The position numbers and the translations under genes were made by a program. A DNA stretch of 64,000 nucleotides from Macrostomum lignano. Lineage: Eukaryota. Position 1 is the first letter of the stretch. Each line of letters opens with the position of its first letter. Under the pieces are notes generated by a model. That model saw only the letters and a program-made list of their open reading frames with translations. It searched no databases and was not told where the DNA came from. Shown piece by piece: positions 63,931 through 64,000 of the stretch. The stretch is taken from NCBI GenBank assembly GCA_002269645.1, contig NIVC01000201.1, positions 682,001 through 746,000 of the forward strand, given 5' to 3'.

Positions 63931-64000
63931 TGGCATACATGTGTCAAACACGGACTACTTAAGTAGAAGGACGCGACACGCGCGAAACGTGCAAATTTTA

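Overview
Eukaryotic (animal) genomic DNA, not prokaryotic. It has GC-rich spliced genes with GT-AG introns, and many introns and intergenic gaps are filled by minisatellites. This style, together with the gene content, suggests a free-living flatworm such as Macrostomum, which is inference only. Supported genes, left to right: an orphan 141-aa ORF (1212-1637); a secreted WSC+PAN gene (9226-9997, -) and an internally deleted copy of it (14943-15099); a secreted fibrinogen-domain gene (16656-17868); an unknown coiled-coil gene (18530-19810, -); a GT92/DUF23 glycosyltransferase (29108-34228, -); a co-oriented housekeeping run RPS12 > NF-YC > MRPS6 > MRPL3 (56505 to 43043, -); and a secreted PAN+C-type lectin gene (61823-62569). 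Mobile DNA: a degenerate DIRS/Ngaro-type tyrosine-recombinase retrotransposon with a SAP domain in ORF1, a Crypton-like fragment, a 5.1-kb non-autonomous CCC...GGG TIR element (CMC/EnSpm-like), several MITE-like fold-backs and a 7.8-kb 23-bp satellite with higher-order structure. Main lead: MRPS6 has no in-frame ATG, and its reading frame opens at a splice acceptor exactly at the residue that follows the initiator Met in homologues. This fits initiation from a spliced-leader AUG inside a candidate trans-spliced operon, though a 1-nt assembly error in an upstream 29-nt mini-exon is an alternative. All exon structures were read by eye; no database search was run.
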